This document shows positions 14,635 through 28,187 of a stretch of DNA of 64,000 nt, in pieces. A program made the translations under genes and the position numbers. The notes beneath the pieces were generated by a model, which worked only from the letters and a program-made list of their open reading frames with translations, did not search any database and was not told the DNA's origin. Origin of the DNA: Paragordius varius (taxonomy: Eukaryota; Animalia; Nematomorpha); assembly GCA_964247055.1 (NCBI GenBank), contig OZ176050.1, positions 13,144,001 through 13,208,000 on the forward strand, read 5' to 3'. Position 1 is the first letter of the stretch. Every line of letters starts with the position of its first letter.

Positions 14635-17600
14635 TAGGAGCAAATGTTGAAATGAATATATTTTAATTTTATAAGTAGAAAATTAATATTTCATCCGAAA
14701 ATCAAATAATGTTCAGGGGTCCACATTTCTAAATTAATTGAAAGGTACTTTAAAAAATATTTTTTATGAGGCAAGCAAACACATATAATGATCATTTGTA
14801 AATTAAAAGATCATTTTGTAAGCGAGAATCGGAAAAAAGGATAAAAACGTACAATAGTGTTGTGTGTAACAAAAGATCAAAATGGTTTGATCATAAGAAT
14901 TTGTAATATTTTTTTATTGAATATGTGACATTAAATAATTTTGAATTAAAAAATTATTAAAAAATAATATGGTTATTAAATATAAATTAGGAATAAAATT
15001 CTACATGAATAAAAAGTATTAACAAAATTATTGCTGATCTAATTAAAATTATTATTTGATATCAAAAAATGAGGTTGTTTATTTAGGGTAAGTGGATTTT
15101 TATTGTGCAGTTTAATTGACTGAACCATTTTTTTATTGTTCTGACCCATTATTAAAATTAAACATTTTTACAAATCGAAAAAATTATTAAACAAATATCA
15201 TTCTTGAATGCAAACATAAAAGTGTGATCAAGTAATATGATATACCCGATTATAAATATTGGCCATTAATTAATTATATTTTTAATTAATCCATTAAACA
15301 AACAAAAATGGTGATTCGATTAAATAAAAAAATTGATATATTATTAGGAAAAAATTGTTTTGATAATCAATCTTGTGCAAAGTTTATTGGCACCTAGATT
15401 TGGCGCTTAAATCGAATCAAATTAAATTTAATTTAATTCAATATTTTGGTTCATAAATATAAATATTGACCTCTCTTTCTAGCAATTATAATATATTCAA
15501 TAGTATTTTGTCTCCTGACACAATAAATTGGTGACAAAATTCGATTTTAATTTATAATTAAATTTTTGACAAATATATGTTTTAAATATAAGTTAATCCC
15601 TCTTTTACAAGACATCGGATGGTTGGTGTGTTAATTCCTACAATTATTAATTACATAGAAAGGAAAAAGGCCAACAAATATATGTCAATTTGAAGATGAT
15701 ATTATTGCATTAATTATATCAATACATATTATTTATATTTCAAAAAATAGCGAAAAAATCAAGATAATTCTTATGCAATAAGATTATTACTCAATATTCA
15801 AATTTAATGTAATAACAGATACATAATAGAGTGTTTAATAAAATAATTCAGGTATTTAATACTTATATTAACTTGACATATATTATTGTGCATGTTATAA
15901 TCATTATTATATTAATAAAAATTTGAATGATGAATATTTGATCATTTTACGATGTGTTAATGATTAATTTGCATAATCTTATAAAAAAACGTATTGTAAT
16001 TGATTTGAAAGTTTTGCATAAAGCACTCTCATTCTCTCTCTCTTATCTTGGATTGAGATCAAGTTTGACCGTACATAAATTGTTATAAATATAAATGCAA
16101 TTATGATTTACATATATATTTAATATTACATAATATAGTAATAATAAAATTAACAATATAATAACATTTATTATTACATTATTTCAATTTTGTGAAATAT
16201 GAATATATATTATATCATACTAATTTGCACACTAATCAGACAGAAAGGTCTTTTAAATCGAAACAACTTGATTGAGTGATTGATGGATAGATAGTTTTAT
16301 TACATAATTTGAATCGTATTAAATATCAGATATAATATTGCAAAATATAAGTTAGCATTTAACAGAATTATTTACTTAAGAACTGTATAGGACAATATAG
16401 GTTAACAACACAATTATTTTATCTGTTTTTTTTTCGAAAAAAAAACTTTATAAATTTTTTTGCAATATTGTATATTTAAAGAAGAGAGGGATATTTATTG
16501 CGCGTGTCAAACCTCTGAAACCTGATAATTTCCAGATAAAAAGTAGCAAAAGTAATTGTGATTAAAATGGCCTATGTTATAGACATGCGCTCGTGTCACC
16601 TATTTTTCGCTTGATTAATTTTAAGTTTTTTTTATAACAGGACAGAAAATTTTGATTTTTCTTTTATCCAATGTAATTTTTATTAACAATCCATAATTTT
16701 ACGGCAAATACAATAATCATGTTAGATAACTACCTTCTTTAAGATTGGATCTTTGGAGTTTTCATGTTATTTTTATAGTTTTATAGATAAAATATTTTTT
16801 ATACGCATGACTAATAGTATATACGCATAGTACACATAAAAATAGGTTACTTGACGCGTGTCTAATTTAAGGTAGTATAAGAATGGACAATTATAAACAT
16901 ATATGATAATGGTTAACAATAAATCTACCATGTAAAATGTATGATTTAAAGATTTTTAAAAAAGTTTTGATTTGACACCTAAAAAAACAATGTTAGTGTT
17001 AAAACAATGTTACATTAAATCAAATCTTTAATATTTTGCAAATGACTACTATATCATACTACCTAAGTAGTATGTCTCCGTTATCATATCAATACAGTAT
17101 TTGTTTGTTAAATAATATGAGACATAGTTTATTGACGCTTAGGGATGATGCAAGAAAATATTATTTAGTTATATTAAATTATTTTAACTGAATTAATAAA
17201 TGATAAAGAAATGATGTTTTGAAATAGCGCAAAAATTTCTGTTTTAAAAGCAATTTTCTGACTAACAGCTCTTAATTAGGGTTTGCTCTAAAATATTTTA
17301 TTTTCAATTTTTACAATTTTAAAAAAATCAAAAATTTATAAGCTGCACAAAAGTTATTTATCAAAATTTTGTAATCTATCGGTAGTTACACCTTATAAAT
17401 AATTAAATTCATAAAGCAATCCTTTTAGTTAAACATACATAGAATTAAATGACTCTCCAATAAAATATTTATGATTATTAATTATTAATTTACAATGATA
17501 ACCGGTAAATTGCTTAAATGTTTACAAGTATGATACATTACGGAAAAATAAACGTTGGAAACCTGCGATAAAGTTGCTCATAAAGATTGGCTTAACAATC

Positions 17601-20600
17601 GGATTATATAATAAACAGGAATATAAGTATTAAAAAATGGCAGAATTAATTATCAAAAAGACATATTTTAAAATATCAATAGACATAATTAATCGATGTA
17701 AACAGTAAACTCATATGGTTAAATGGGTTTAAAATGTTCAAAATTTGTGCCAAATATATTTTTTAGTTAATATTATGTACAATTCAGACGGAAACCAAAG
17801 AATATAAAACTTGCTAAAACACAATTAATTATTAAAGCGCTAAATAACGAATATGGGTTAATTTTAAAAATAAATAAACTTTTATCCTGGACTTATTGAA
17901 AATGATATTATATTATTTTTACAAGTATAGCTATTTTAAAAATCGACTATTTATTTTGGATTTAAAACTAAAAAATAACAGTTGTAAAACTCCATAACGT
18001 TCTTATTTTTTTTGTACACGATTACATTTCAGAGCTTATAGTCGTAAACGCACTCTTTTGAAAATTATTTAAATTATTATTTAATTATCAACCTTTTCTC
18101 CTGGATTAGCAAAATTACTATAATTTTTACAGTTTATTAAGGTTATAGTCCCGAATTCGGATAGCTCCAAAACACGATTGAAGCAAACAATTTATATTAA
18201 AATCTATAAATATCAAAAATTTGCTGGTAGAATGTATTTAAAAGCTTTCTAAAGTTAATTGTTTACAACAAACCATAAAATACAACTTATTTGCATGTTG
18301 TATTAGCGATTTAAATAAATCGTAGAAAAAAATGGAGACGAACAAGTTTTAAGACTTTTTTACAATGAATTTTTTTAAAGAAATATTTTATTAATCATGC
18401 AACCAAAAGAAAGAGTGCAAATTTTAAATTTGGCCCCATAAACATAATTTTTTAAAATATTTAATAAATAGGTATGCGGAATAAAACTACCCTAGGTCGT
18501 GAAGTGTTAAAAGTTGCAAAATGATTCTAAATATTTAATCAATCACGTCAAATATTTAGTTAGAAAGAACATTTGGCTCAAAGGTTTTATAATCAGGTAA
18601 AAACAAGAAATTTTAACATTTAATCAGAAATTAAATCAAAGCTTTCATGTAAAATAAAATTGGTAAATTTTAAATAAAGTAAAATTCACTTTTTTATAAC
18701 ATTTGAAATTAATAATTAGCCAATCTCCAGCTACACTATTTATTTAATTGTGTCATAAATTATCCAAAACTGGTGTCTGAATTTCTTCAAAAAATATTTA
18801 TTATAAATACTTCATTTTAGGATTTAAGTGCTATTATTATCCAATCTTTCGTTGTTAAATTTTGAAAAAATCAATAAAGACAAATAAATTGCATGAAGTA
18901 TTAATTACCGTTTTATCGGAAACAATAATAATTATGTGCAAGAGCACATTCAAGCGCGCACACCATCAAAAATTTGAGCCATAAAAATATTTTTTTAAAA
19001 AAAATGAAACAAAAACAAAAAGAGGCGTCTTGTCATTTTTTGTGAAAGCAATGGGTAATTGGTTTCAAAACGACGGTAAAAAAAAATATTTTTTGATAAA
19101 ATCACCATAGCGACTTTTTACGGAATACTCTACCTTTAAAAAAGCAAATTTTCTCTTAATTCACCGTTACCTTGTCTTGTGTTAGTTTTAGATTTTGTTT
19201 TCACTGAGGTACCTGATACGGGCATGCTATATAGCGCTATCTTTGCTACTTATTCACAACAATGTATATTATCCACGATACAATTATTTAAATTTATGCT
19301 AATTAGGAAGGGGACTGGACCTGAAAATTTGCTATTGTATATGCAACGCTTGTCATTTTCTATCCAAACGAAGAAAGAACCAATATTAATTAGGTTTAAA
19401 TTTGTTTATTTAAAACGTATTATTATAATTTATACCTATGCATATATGCTCTTTATAAAAGTTAAATTTATTTTTGGCGTGTGACATTTCAAGAGACAAC
19501 TTTTTAAAAATGGTTTTAAACCAAAATTAATTAATAATATTTTGACTTATGATGATGTCAATGGTAAAAACGCGTCGAAATGGAAACTATCCTTATTTAT
19601 GAGTTATAAATTTTTTAAACCAATATTCAAATTACAACTAATTAATATAAAAATATTTTTTGTGAATAATCAACGAGATGTGTCAAAAAATTACATTTTA
19701 GAAGAAAGAAAGAAAGAAAAATGATAATAAATTATTTTATACATTAAGTAGCTTGCTTAATGGGATTTTAAATAAGAGTGAAAGAAATTTAGACTTGTAC
19801 ATAATTTAATTGATTCCATTACATAATTAAATTTGTAGTATATTCTATTATTTGACTCAAAAATTTTGTAATGGCCTCCCTCTATCTAATTTGCATAAAT
19901 TTAAATATTACACATTCTGTTTTTTAAACTTATAAAAATTAATATATTGTTGTTGGGTAAAAATTACATATGTGTAAAAGTTTTAATACCATAAATGTCA
20001 TTTTGATAAAAGTTAGAGAGTGAGAGAGAGTACATGCGATTATTTTTACCATTAACTAATTTTCCATTAATTTGTTATACATTGGTTTTAATTTTTAAGT
20101 TTTTAAAAATGGGCTTAATTTTAAAAAACCAACTTTTTGAGATTATTTAATAAAATTCTTAAAAATGACCGTATTGTAAAAGAATATGTTTTACCTCATA
20201 ATATATTACAAAATCGGTAGCGATATTTGATATCATTCTACTAATAAAAAAAACTGAAGGTGAGATTGAAAGTTAGTTGTTAGAACTCAAAATGCTTTAA
20301 TTTTAATCTATATATCTGCATATTTGATTTTACGGATAAACGAATATTTTACAAGTTAAAGCACAAACCAACATATATCACAAAAAATATAATAAGGCCT
20401 TACAACTAATAAATTCCAAAACTAAGATCAACTAAGACGAGAACCGATATTTCTCAAGATTGGCCCTTCTTTGTTAAACGATTCCACAAATTTAACTTTT
20501 GTCCTTCGTTTAAAAACATTGTAAGATTCTTGCTAATCCATTATATTATGCATATGGTGGAATTTCGGCACCTTGGTTGAAATTTCATCCACAAGTCAAT

Positions 20601-20943
20601 AATTGTGACGATATCTGTTTTTTATCCTGTCTCCATATAAGTTTTTAAAACATTGTTATATGTATAATAAATATGGACATGTATATCTATATCAAAAACA
20701 TCTTAATGCGCATAAACTAAAATTAATACCTCTTAAAATATTGTGCACTTTAAAAAGTGTAAAAAAAGCAAAACAAACACTTTTATTGTTTTCTCATACA
20801 TAATTAAATACAAAACTTTTATATATCTCAAAAACGTGTTTCGATTACATAACATATAAATACCCACACTTTATTCAAATGAATTAATTTTAACCACATT
20901 TCTCTGTCTAAATCTTTTATTTTATTAAATACAAATTTGTCAA

Positions 20944-23900
20944 ATGGATCAAACTTACCAAGATTCCGAAGAAACAAGTTTTTCCTCCAATTCCAGAAGA
21001 AGAAAACGCATGATTTCAGGCAATCTCGATAGTGGATATTTTAGTCCCTACATATGTACAAAATGTTTTGGAACTTTTAATTTCTCTCAATCCGGCTCCC
21101 ATTCCAAAAGATACTGTGATTGTAACAACGAAGGGGAAGGAGATGTTTCGTCAAATCTTTTACATCAAATGTCAATTGTTTCTTCTTCTTCGGATGACAG
21201 TGAAGAGTCAAATGCTTCCCTCAAAGTACAAAAATGTAGGAGAAACCTTTTCAATTTTGATAATATTATACCTTGTTCAAACGAAACTGACATAAGCAAT
21301 ACCCTTTCCCCATCCCTAACCAGTGAAGATGAAACAACCGATGAACTAATTATTCACGAATCAACAATACCCCAATCGGATATATGTGATGGCAAACAGC
21401 AGACGACAAATAGTCACGTGCCTACCGACAAACGATCAAATTACCCAATCAAATTGAATCAAAAAACTATTACAACTAATAGAAATTTTGTCTTTAATTA
21501 TTCACAAAACGGCACAAAAAATGCCAATTTCTCTAATTTACAACCTTGTTTCTCCAATTATTTCCCCAGTAACTCATCAGGTAATTACAGTTTATTATTG
21601 AGAAAGTTTTCACAAAATTTCCCACAACTTTTCTCATACCCATGCCCATGTTTTTTATGATAAATACTTAACAAATATTGTTATCTATAATTTTCTCATT
21701 CATTAACATATTATATATTGTTATGATGCAATATAGGGAAAAACTAATTACAAAAAAATACAATATTGCTAATTTGCGCGCGAATAAGTTTTGAAAGGTA
21801 TACATTATTGTTGAAACGTGTTTTCTAGTGTCCTGTGTAATGGTCATTGTTATAAGGTATCAGAAATAAGTTTTTGCAAAGATTGATATCTAAACCTTAA
21901 TAAATCTATTGTTTGAATAATATTGAATACACCAACACTTGTTAACAAATTTTTTTAATTAATAATCATCATTAAAATCTAGTATTTTTGTGGGGTGTCT
22001 TGCGTTTACTTTTTCTCAATGTCATACCACGATGATAACACTTAAAAAGTTATTACTCTTTCGAATTTCGCTTTAGAAATATTATTTTATAATTGTGTGT
22101 ACTTTATAAATTCTCAGGGAAAAATGTTTCAATTTAAAAATTTAATGGCACAATACCCATTAAAAATGCTCCGAACATTTTTACGATTTATATGTTTTTT
22201 AATTTAATGTTGGTAAATTGGGTTGTTTAGCCACACCATATTTAATGCACAATACAATTTTCCGCAAAAATAATTCTAAATTTTTATTCAACCAACTTCT
22301 TCTTAAACGTATAAAATATTAAAACAATAACGCTCATTAATCATAAAAGTTTCCTAAAAGTCTATTTGTGATATAGTAAGTTCAATTGTTTTTATAAACT
22401 TCAAATTATTAAAGGGGTTAAATTTGAGATACGGTAAAATGAACTTTTTAAATTTTATTTTTTCTTTCGTAAATTAGAAAATAAAATTACAACAAAGATA
22501 TTATTTATATAGAGAAAAAAGTTTATGTATGTAAGCGAGAATAAAAATTGGCCTTTTTAATCTTTCATTATTCCCAATTTTTACGGTTTATTTTTTGTTT
22601 TAAACACATATTTAAAAAATCTCCATTCACCAAATATAAAACCCATATAAGCATTATCTATCAGTTAACTATAAATATAAATAATGTTATATACAAAAGT
22701 AAATTATTTAAAGTTTAAATTTTTATGAATGTCAACAAATCATATTACAATATATATACAACAATTAATCATTTTTCTCGTATAGATAGTATTAGTCATT
22801 AGCCAAATAGTATGTAAATGTTAATCCGATTATATAAATTATAATTGAATTATCTATATATGATGAATGCTCTTTCCAACCCTTAATCCTTTATATCTTT
22901 TGATTACTGATGATGACCTACAAAAATCAAATAATATGGCATTTTAAATTGGTAAAACAAAGGCTTTCTTGTACACTTCAAACAAGATAGATTTAATCTT
23001 CTTAATCTTTCTTTTAATGAATAGTCCCCTCTCCCCCCTTCCCCTCTAACCTTGTTGTCGTTCGTTATGTCCCCCTTATATTATAAGATTTTGATTTTTT
23101 ATTATAGCGAAAAAATATTGTGTATAATTCCAAATTGGGTCAAGGATGAGAAAATGATTAAGGTACTGATATACCATTTTTCCAAGCATGAGAGAATTAA
23201 TGAATGTTGTGGACACGTGCCGATATGAAACTTGTCCCTCTAATAAATATCCTATTAAACTTTTTCATCATGACCCTCTTATACTTCTTAAAAATGTTAA
23301 CGTTTTTTAAATCTGTTTGTGTGCCAATTTTAGGCAAAAATGGTTGATTAAATCCTGACTAATATATTATGAAAGGTTCAAACGGTATAAACTTATATAT
23401 ATATATATATATATATATATAACGCTGATTTTATCTAACTTACTTATAATTGCATTTTTTTATTCATTTAGATTTTCGAAATGATGACGACGGTCCCTGT
23501 AGTTCGGCAAGGTTCTTTTTTACCGAACATTTTAATCCAAACGAAAATTCCGATAAAAATATTGAGCCCGACAGAGGCTCACAAAGTTCGATAGATTCAT
23601 CACAATCGGTAGCTTTGCACAAAACATTGAATACGACACCTTCATTAAACCTATCTTCCAATTTGAATGAATCCAAATTATATTCGAGGAGACATGGAAA
23701 AACCCGTAAATTGACTTTAAAAATCTCAAACACTACCAGCCTTCAGAATAAATCAATTTCAAATATTGAAAGTATTAATCAAAAGCAAACTATTACGAAT
23801 ACACATCTTGAAGATGTTGAATCTCAAGTATTTGCTCAACCCAAATGTTTTGGGCCCAAAAACATTTCCACACCTAAAACTCATAATCATATTGGTAGTT

Positions 23901-24190
23901 CAAAAGAAGTATATGAACAAATTGGTAGTCAACTCCAATCTCTGGGTGATATTTTCCACGAAAGTCTGATAACCAATACTTCTACCCACGTTCCCCAACA
24001 AAATAATCCCCCTAAAAGATCTAGAATTTCAGTAGGGGTTTCAACCTATCAAACAACTGATATGATGTCAAATTCATACAATCAAAATCCTTCAGCTATA
24101 AACTCTGTTGATTTTACTAAATACATTTGGTGCCTGTTGGTTTTAGGGTGGTGCGAAAAAATTTGGCTTCATTCTATCCAAAACAGCTGA
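20944..24190 (+). CDS. BH3-only-like protein B (451 aa), 2 exons: 20944-21580, 23472-24190
   Basis: TCA G|gtaatt donor and cattTAG|AT TTT CGA acceptor (phase 1, 1356 nt total). Contains DSGYFS (21028-21045), CTKC..CDC, BH3 core IGSQLQSLGDIF (23921-23956) and tail KYIWCLLVLGWCEKIW. Same intron phase and following Asp codon as paralogue A. Confidence 0.8.
23394..23420. repeat. (AT)n microsatellite ~50 nt upstream of the gene B splice acceptor
   Basis: Perfect AT run. Confidence 0.9.
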
Positions 24191-27075
24191 TGATAGATAA
24201 TGAAAAAAACACTGTTTTTTATCAAATTTTGAATATTCTTATTCCTACTATTATTATATGTTGTAATTTTTTTCACAAAGCGATCTCTGCCCCATCTGCT
24301 ATGTGGCCATAAAAATTACATAATTTCAATCTCAACATTTAGCTTATCTATCAAATATTATTTTCAATGTACATATACATTTGTTAAAAATATTTTTTAG
24401 ATCTAAATATAATCTAGTGATATATGTAAAATTGGTATTTATAAATTTATAATTATGCATTTACTCACCAATTTTATAGTACATATGATATATATATCTA
24501 TAAATAATTATATTTATAACATATTATCCAAATTCATTCATTATGTTTATCAATCAAAAAATAAATTTTAATATTAAATTATAATAACTTTTTAACTTAG
24601 CGATCGATTTATGATTTTTCCGTAAAACATTTTGTAAAATTTAGCCAATCAGGTGATTTGCGTGAGGTTAAAATAGATATAATAAATATTAAAAATGGCC
24701 ACATGGTAAATAACGTTATTATCAGACGATAAAGTATTTTTAAATTGAATAATTATAGTTCTTTAAATGTGGTCTAGGATGTGATTTTGTAATCGGAAAA
24801 TTAATGAACGAATAATATATATTTTCAGTACCTAAAATAAGCGGGAACTGAAATTATGGTTATCTAAAACATAAATACACATCAATCAATATACCGTTTA
24901 TCTGAATCTATGATGTTTTAAATTAGGGGCGTCCAACACTAATCCCTTCGCGAGCCGCATTTGAAATATATATATGCATTCATAAATAAATTATTAGATT
25001 TCAAACATAAGCTCAGAGGGCGGCATCTTGGTCACTCCTGTTTTAACTCCGAAATGCTAATCTACGTCAAATTATAAACTTAAATAAATTTTTATCCTAT
25101 TTTCTCAAAATAATGTTTTATATTTTAATGTATTTTATATAGTTTTAGAATCAGTTTAATGTTGAACGTTCCACATAATTTCCATATATTCTATAATTAT
25201 ATTCTGCAATCCAAAATCCTTAATCTGGTTTCCTTTAATAATCGATTTTGCTTCCACTAGTTTGAGACCAATCGATTCACTGTAACTCATATATGGATGT
25301 AAGCTACGATTTTTAGCATTTTTGGTAATACTTTTTAACACCGTCAATAACGCAGAAGCTAATTAGTCAGCTTTAACGATAGTGGTTCGCTAACTATTGC
25401 AACATATCTATAAATACAGTATTAAAGGCATTTAGTTTGACATTTATACTTATGAAATTCTAAGCCGTACTTATTAAAAAATCGATTTAATTAATTCTTT
25501 GTGCTTTTGGACAATTGACTGTCGGGACACTTCTCTTATCTGTTATCGGGAACTATAAATTAATTATAAAATACGACGGGCCAGCGGAAACACTAGGTAT
25601 GTAATGATTGTAAGGTTAAAAAACCAATGTAAAGTTAAAAATAAATGATATATGAAATTTGTAAATAACTAATTTAGTGAAAAACCCGGGCATCATAATA
25701 TATCGTAAACGTATAAAGTATGGTTCTTCATAGAAATTTGAATATGCAATGTCTAAAACAAATGGCTTAAGACTAACGCTTAAAAGCGCATATTGAACAA
25801 ATTAATATTTTTAACAATCAATCGATTTTCAAGCCCAAAAGGTTTATCATAAAATGGCATCGAATCTTTTAGTTTTGGGCACATGTTCAAACATATCTGC
25901 GGATATTTTACACAGTCGTATGACAGTAAATGTATATAATCTGTAGCATCTTTATTCTATATGTTTTCCGAGATATTGTTTTTACATCAACATTTAGACC
26001 TTATGTCTGATTTTAATTACAAGATTTCTTTTTTTAAATAAATTGGGAGTATTTGTAAAATTTATATAATAACCACTGCAATAACGAGAGTTGTTATTGG
26101 CCTTATTGATATTTTAATGTTTGTTTATATAAGTTACATATTTAAAAATTTGTGGAGACGGTTAAATTAAATATTTAAACAATATGAGTTGAATGTGTAA
26201 ATAATAAAATCAAAACATCCTTATAAACATATAAATGCCCTTTTAACCAATTAATAACTAAGATCACCAACAATAGCTCGTTCTTCTAACAATAGATTGA
26301 CTATAATTAATATAAAAACCAATTTATCTACTTTTTTCCCAAACATCTAGGCTGTAGAGTCTTATTTAAGTTTAATTAATTCAAAATGCTATCTAAGCCT
26401 TTTCAAAAACATCACATATAAATTAATGTATGAATGGCAACCGCTTGAGTCTCCGGATAGTTTCAAGTACTTTTATTTTATTAATCATCCGTTTGACAAA
26501 TTTAGTAGTATCATTTCCACCTTTGCAATCCATTAGAAAAAATATTTATAATATATAGTTATATAATTCCTGCTTTTATCCAATTAATTTTAAATTGTTA
26601 TATGCAAATATTAACGGCTATTTAGATTATTCTGACCAATTGCTTTAGATGATATCTTTATAGTAAACTGACAATTTTTTATTGGGGAATTTAGTAATTT
26701 ATTTGGTAACAGAACTTTAGGCCCCGATAAAAACCGCCTACCATGATATGTTTCTCAGGATTAAATCATTATCGAGTTAAAAAAGAAACTTTGATATTTA
26801 ACACCAATGAATGTATAAAAAACATTGCATTGGTAAATTTTCGAGTCAATTGCTATACATAAAATTTTTAATATATACACAAATTATTCTTCAATTTAAT
26901 GATAGCTTTAAATTGTTTAAAGATATTGTTAAATAAAATTGTTTGTTAAAATTTATCCAAAGTTAGTAAGTACTTTTAAATAAATCATTGGAAATTTATA
27001 AAGTTGTACTAATATCAGCTAATATGAAACTTTAGCAATATTTAAAATTCAAACATTTTGACAGTTTCATATTGT

Positions 27076-27113
<38 letters not shown>

Positions 27114-28007
27114 CATTATGTAATATATCAATCAATCAATCATTCAATTAATCAAACACATTTAATTTATTCAAGATCATAATCAAATAATAACCATTAA
27201 ATTATAAAAATATATGTTGACTTGGACAAAGGAGGGGATTACATTAGGTTTTAGTTTACATAACATACAAACTTTACTATTCTAAACAAATAATTTAAAT
27301 TTGAAAATATGATATATATATTTTTTTATGTGAGTTTTTAAACTTTATATGTATATTTACAAGTTACATAATAATAATGTATTTGTAAGTATAATTGTTT
27401 ATAAACTTATGATATAAATTTAAATTATTTATTGATTTCGTAATAATTAAAGTCAATTTATGATTGATTGATAGATATATAGATTTGTATAAAAATTTCA
27501 AGTGTTGAAAAAGGGAGCATATCTCAGGATTCATTTTTAATCTCCTGTGGGAATATTATGCAATAATAAAAAATTATATTACACCTGTTTAATGGTGATT
27601 TGAGAGAATTTATAACCATGTGAAAAAAAATTTAATTGCTCAAATTTTATATTATTTGTACATAAACTGTATTTGGGATGAATAAAAGTTAAAGTGACAG
27701 AGGATGAAAATGTTAATTATTAATGTTTATGAATATATAACGGCCTTTAAATACAAAAGGATTTAAATAGTTAGGAACATAAAATTTTAAAAATTTGTTT
27801 TAATGAAACATTGCATTATATTTCGTTTGAAATATTTTCGTTTAATTTTAATGGGAGGAGTGGTAGTTTTTATGAAGAACTTATAATCAATATAAATTGA
27901 TGTTAGGAATCAAATATATGTATATTAACATATAATTTCTTTTTATATAAACGATTGTTTTTGGACCCCTTTTTAATCATGTCTATAAAAGATTGTTGTA
28001 CCTTAAG

Positions 28008-28187
28008 TCGTCATGATTTAGTAGGTAGGGCGCCGGATTCTTACACTGCGTGCCATTCGAACGCCGAATCTAACCAATTTTTTTTAATCATCACTGTCAG
28101 CAGGGGAATGTCAAAGCCTTTACATGTCTCGATACAATTTAAGTCCTTACCCTTTTATAAAAAAAGAAAAAAGACTCAAAACTGTAT
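28008..28187 (+). mobile_element. tRNA-derived SINE, copy 2 (more decayed)
   Basis: GGTAGGGCGCCGGATTCTTACACTGC..ATCATCACTGTCAG..GATACAATTTAAGTCCT..CCCTTT is collinear with 58151-58340. Confidence 0.72.

Noticed and set aside
14640-20943. p53 (e.g. AGACATGCGC ~16560, GGACATGTAT ~20675) and FOXO (TTGTTTAC ~18260) sites regulating the BH3-like genes
   Set aside because: Only imperfect single half-sites or one heptamer; expected by chance in this base composition.
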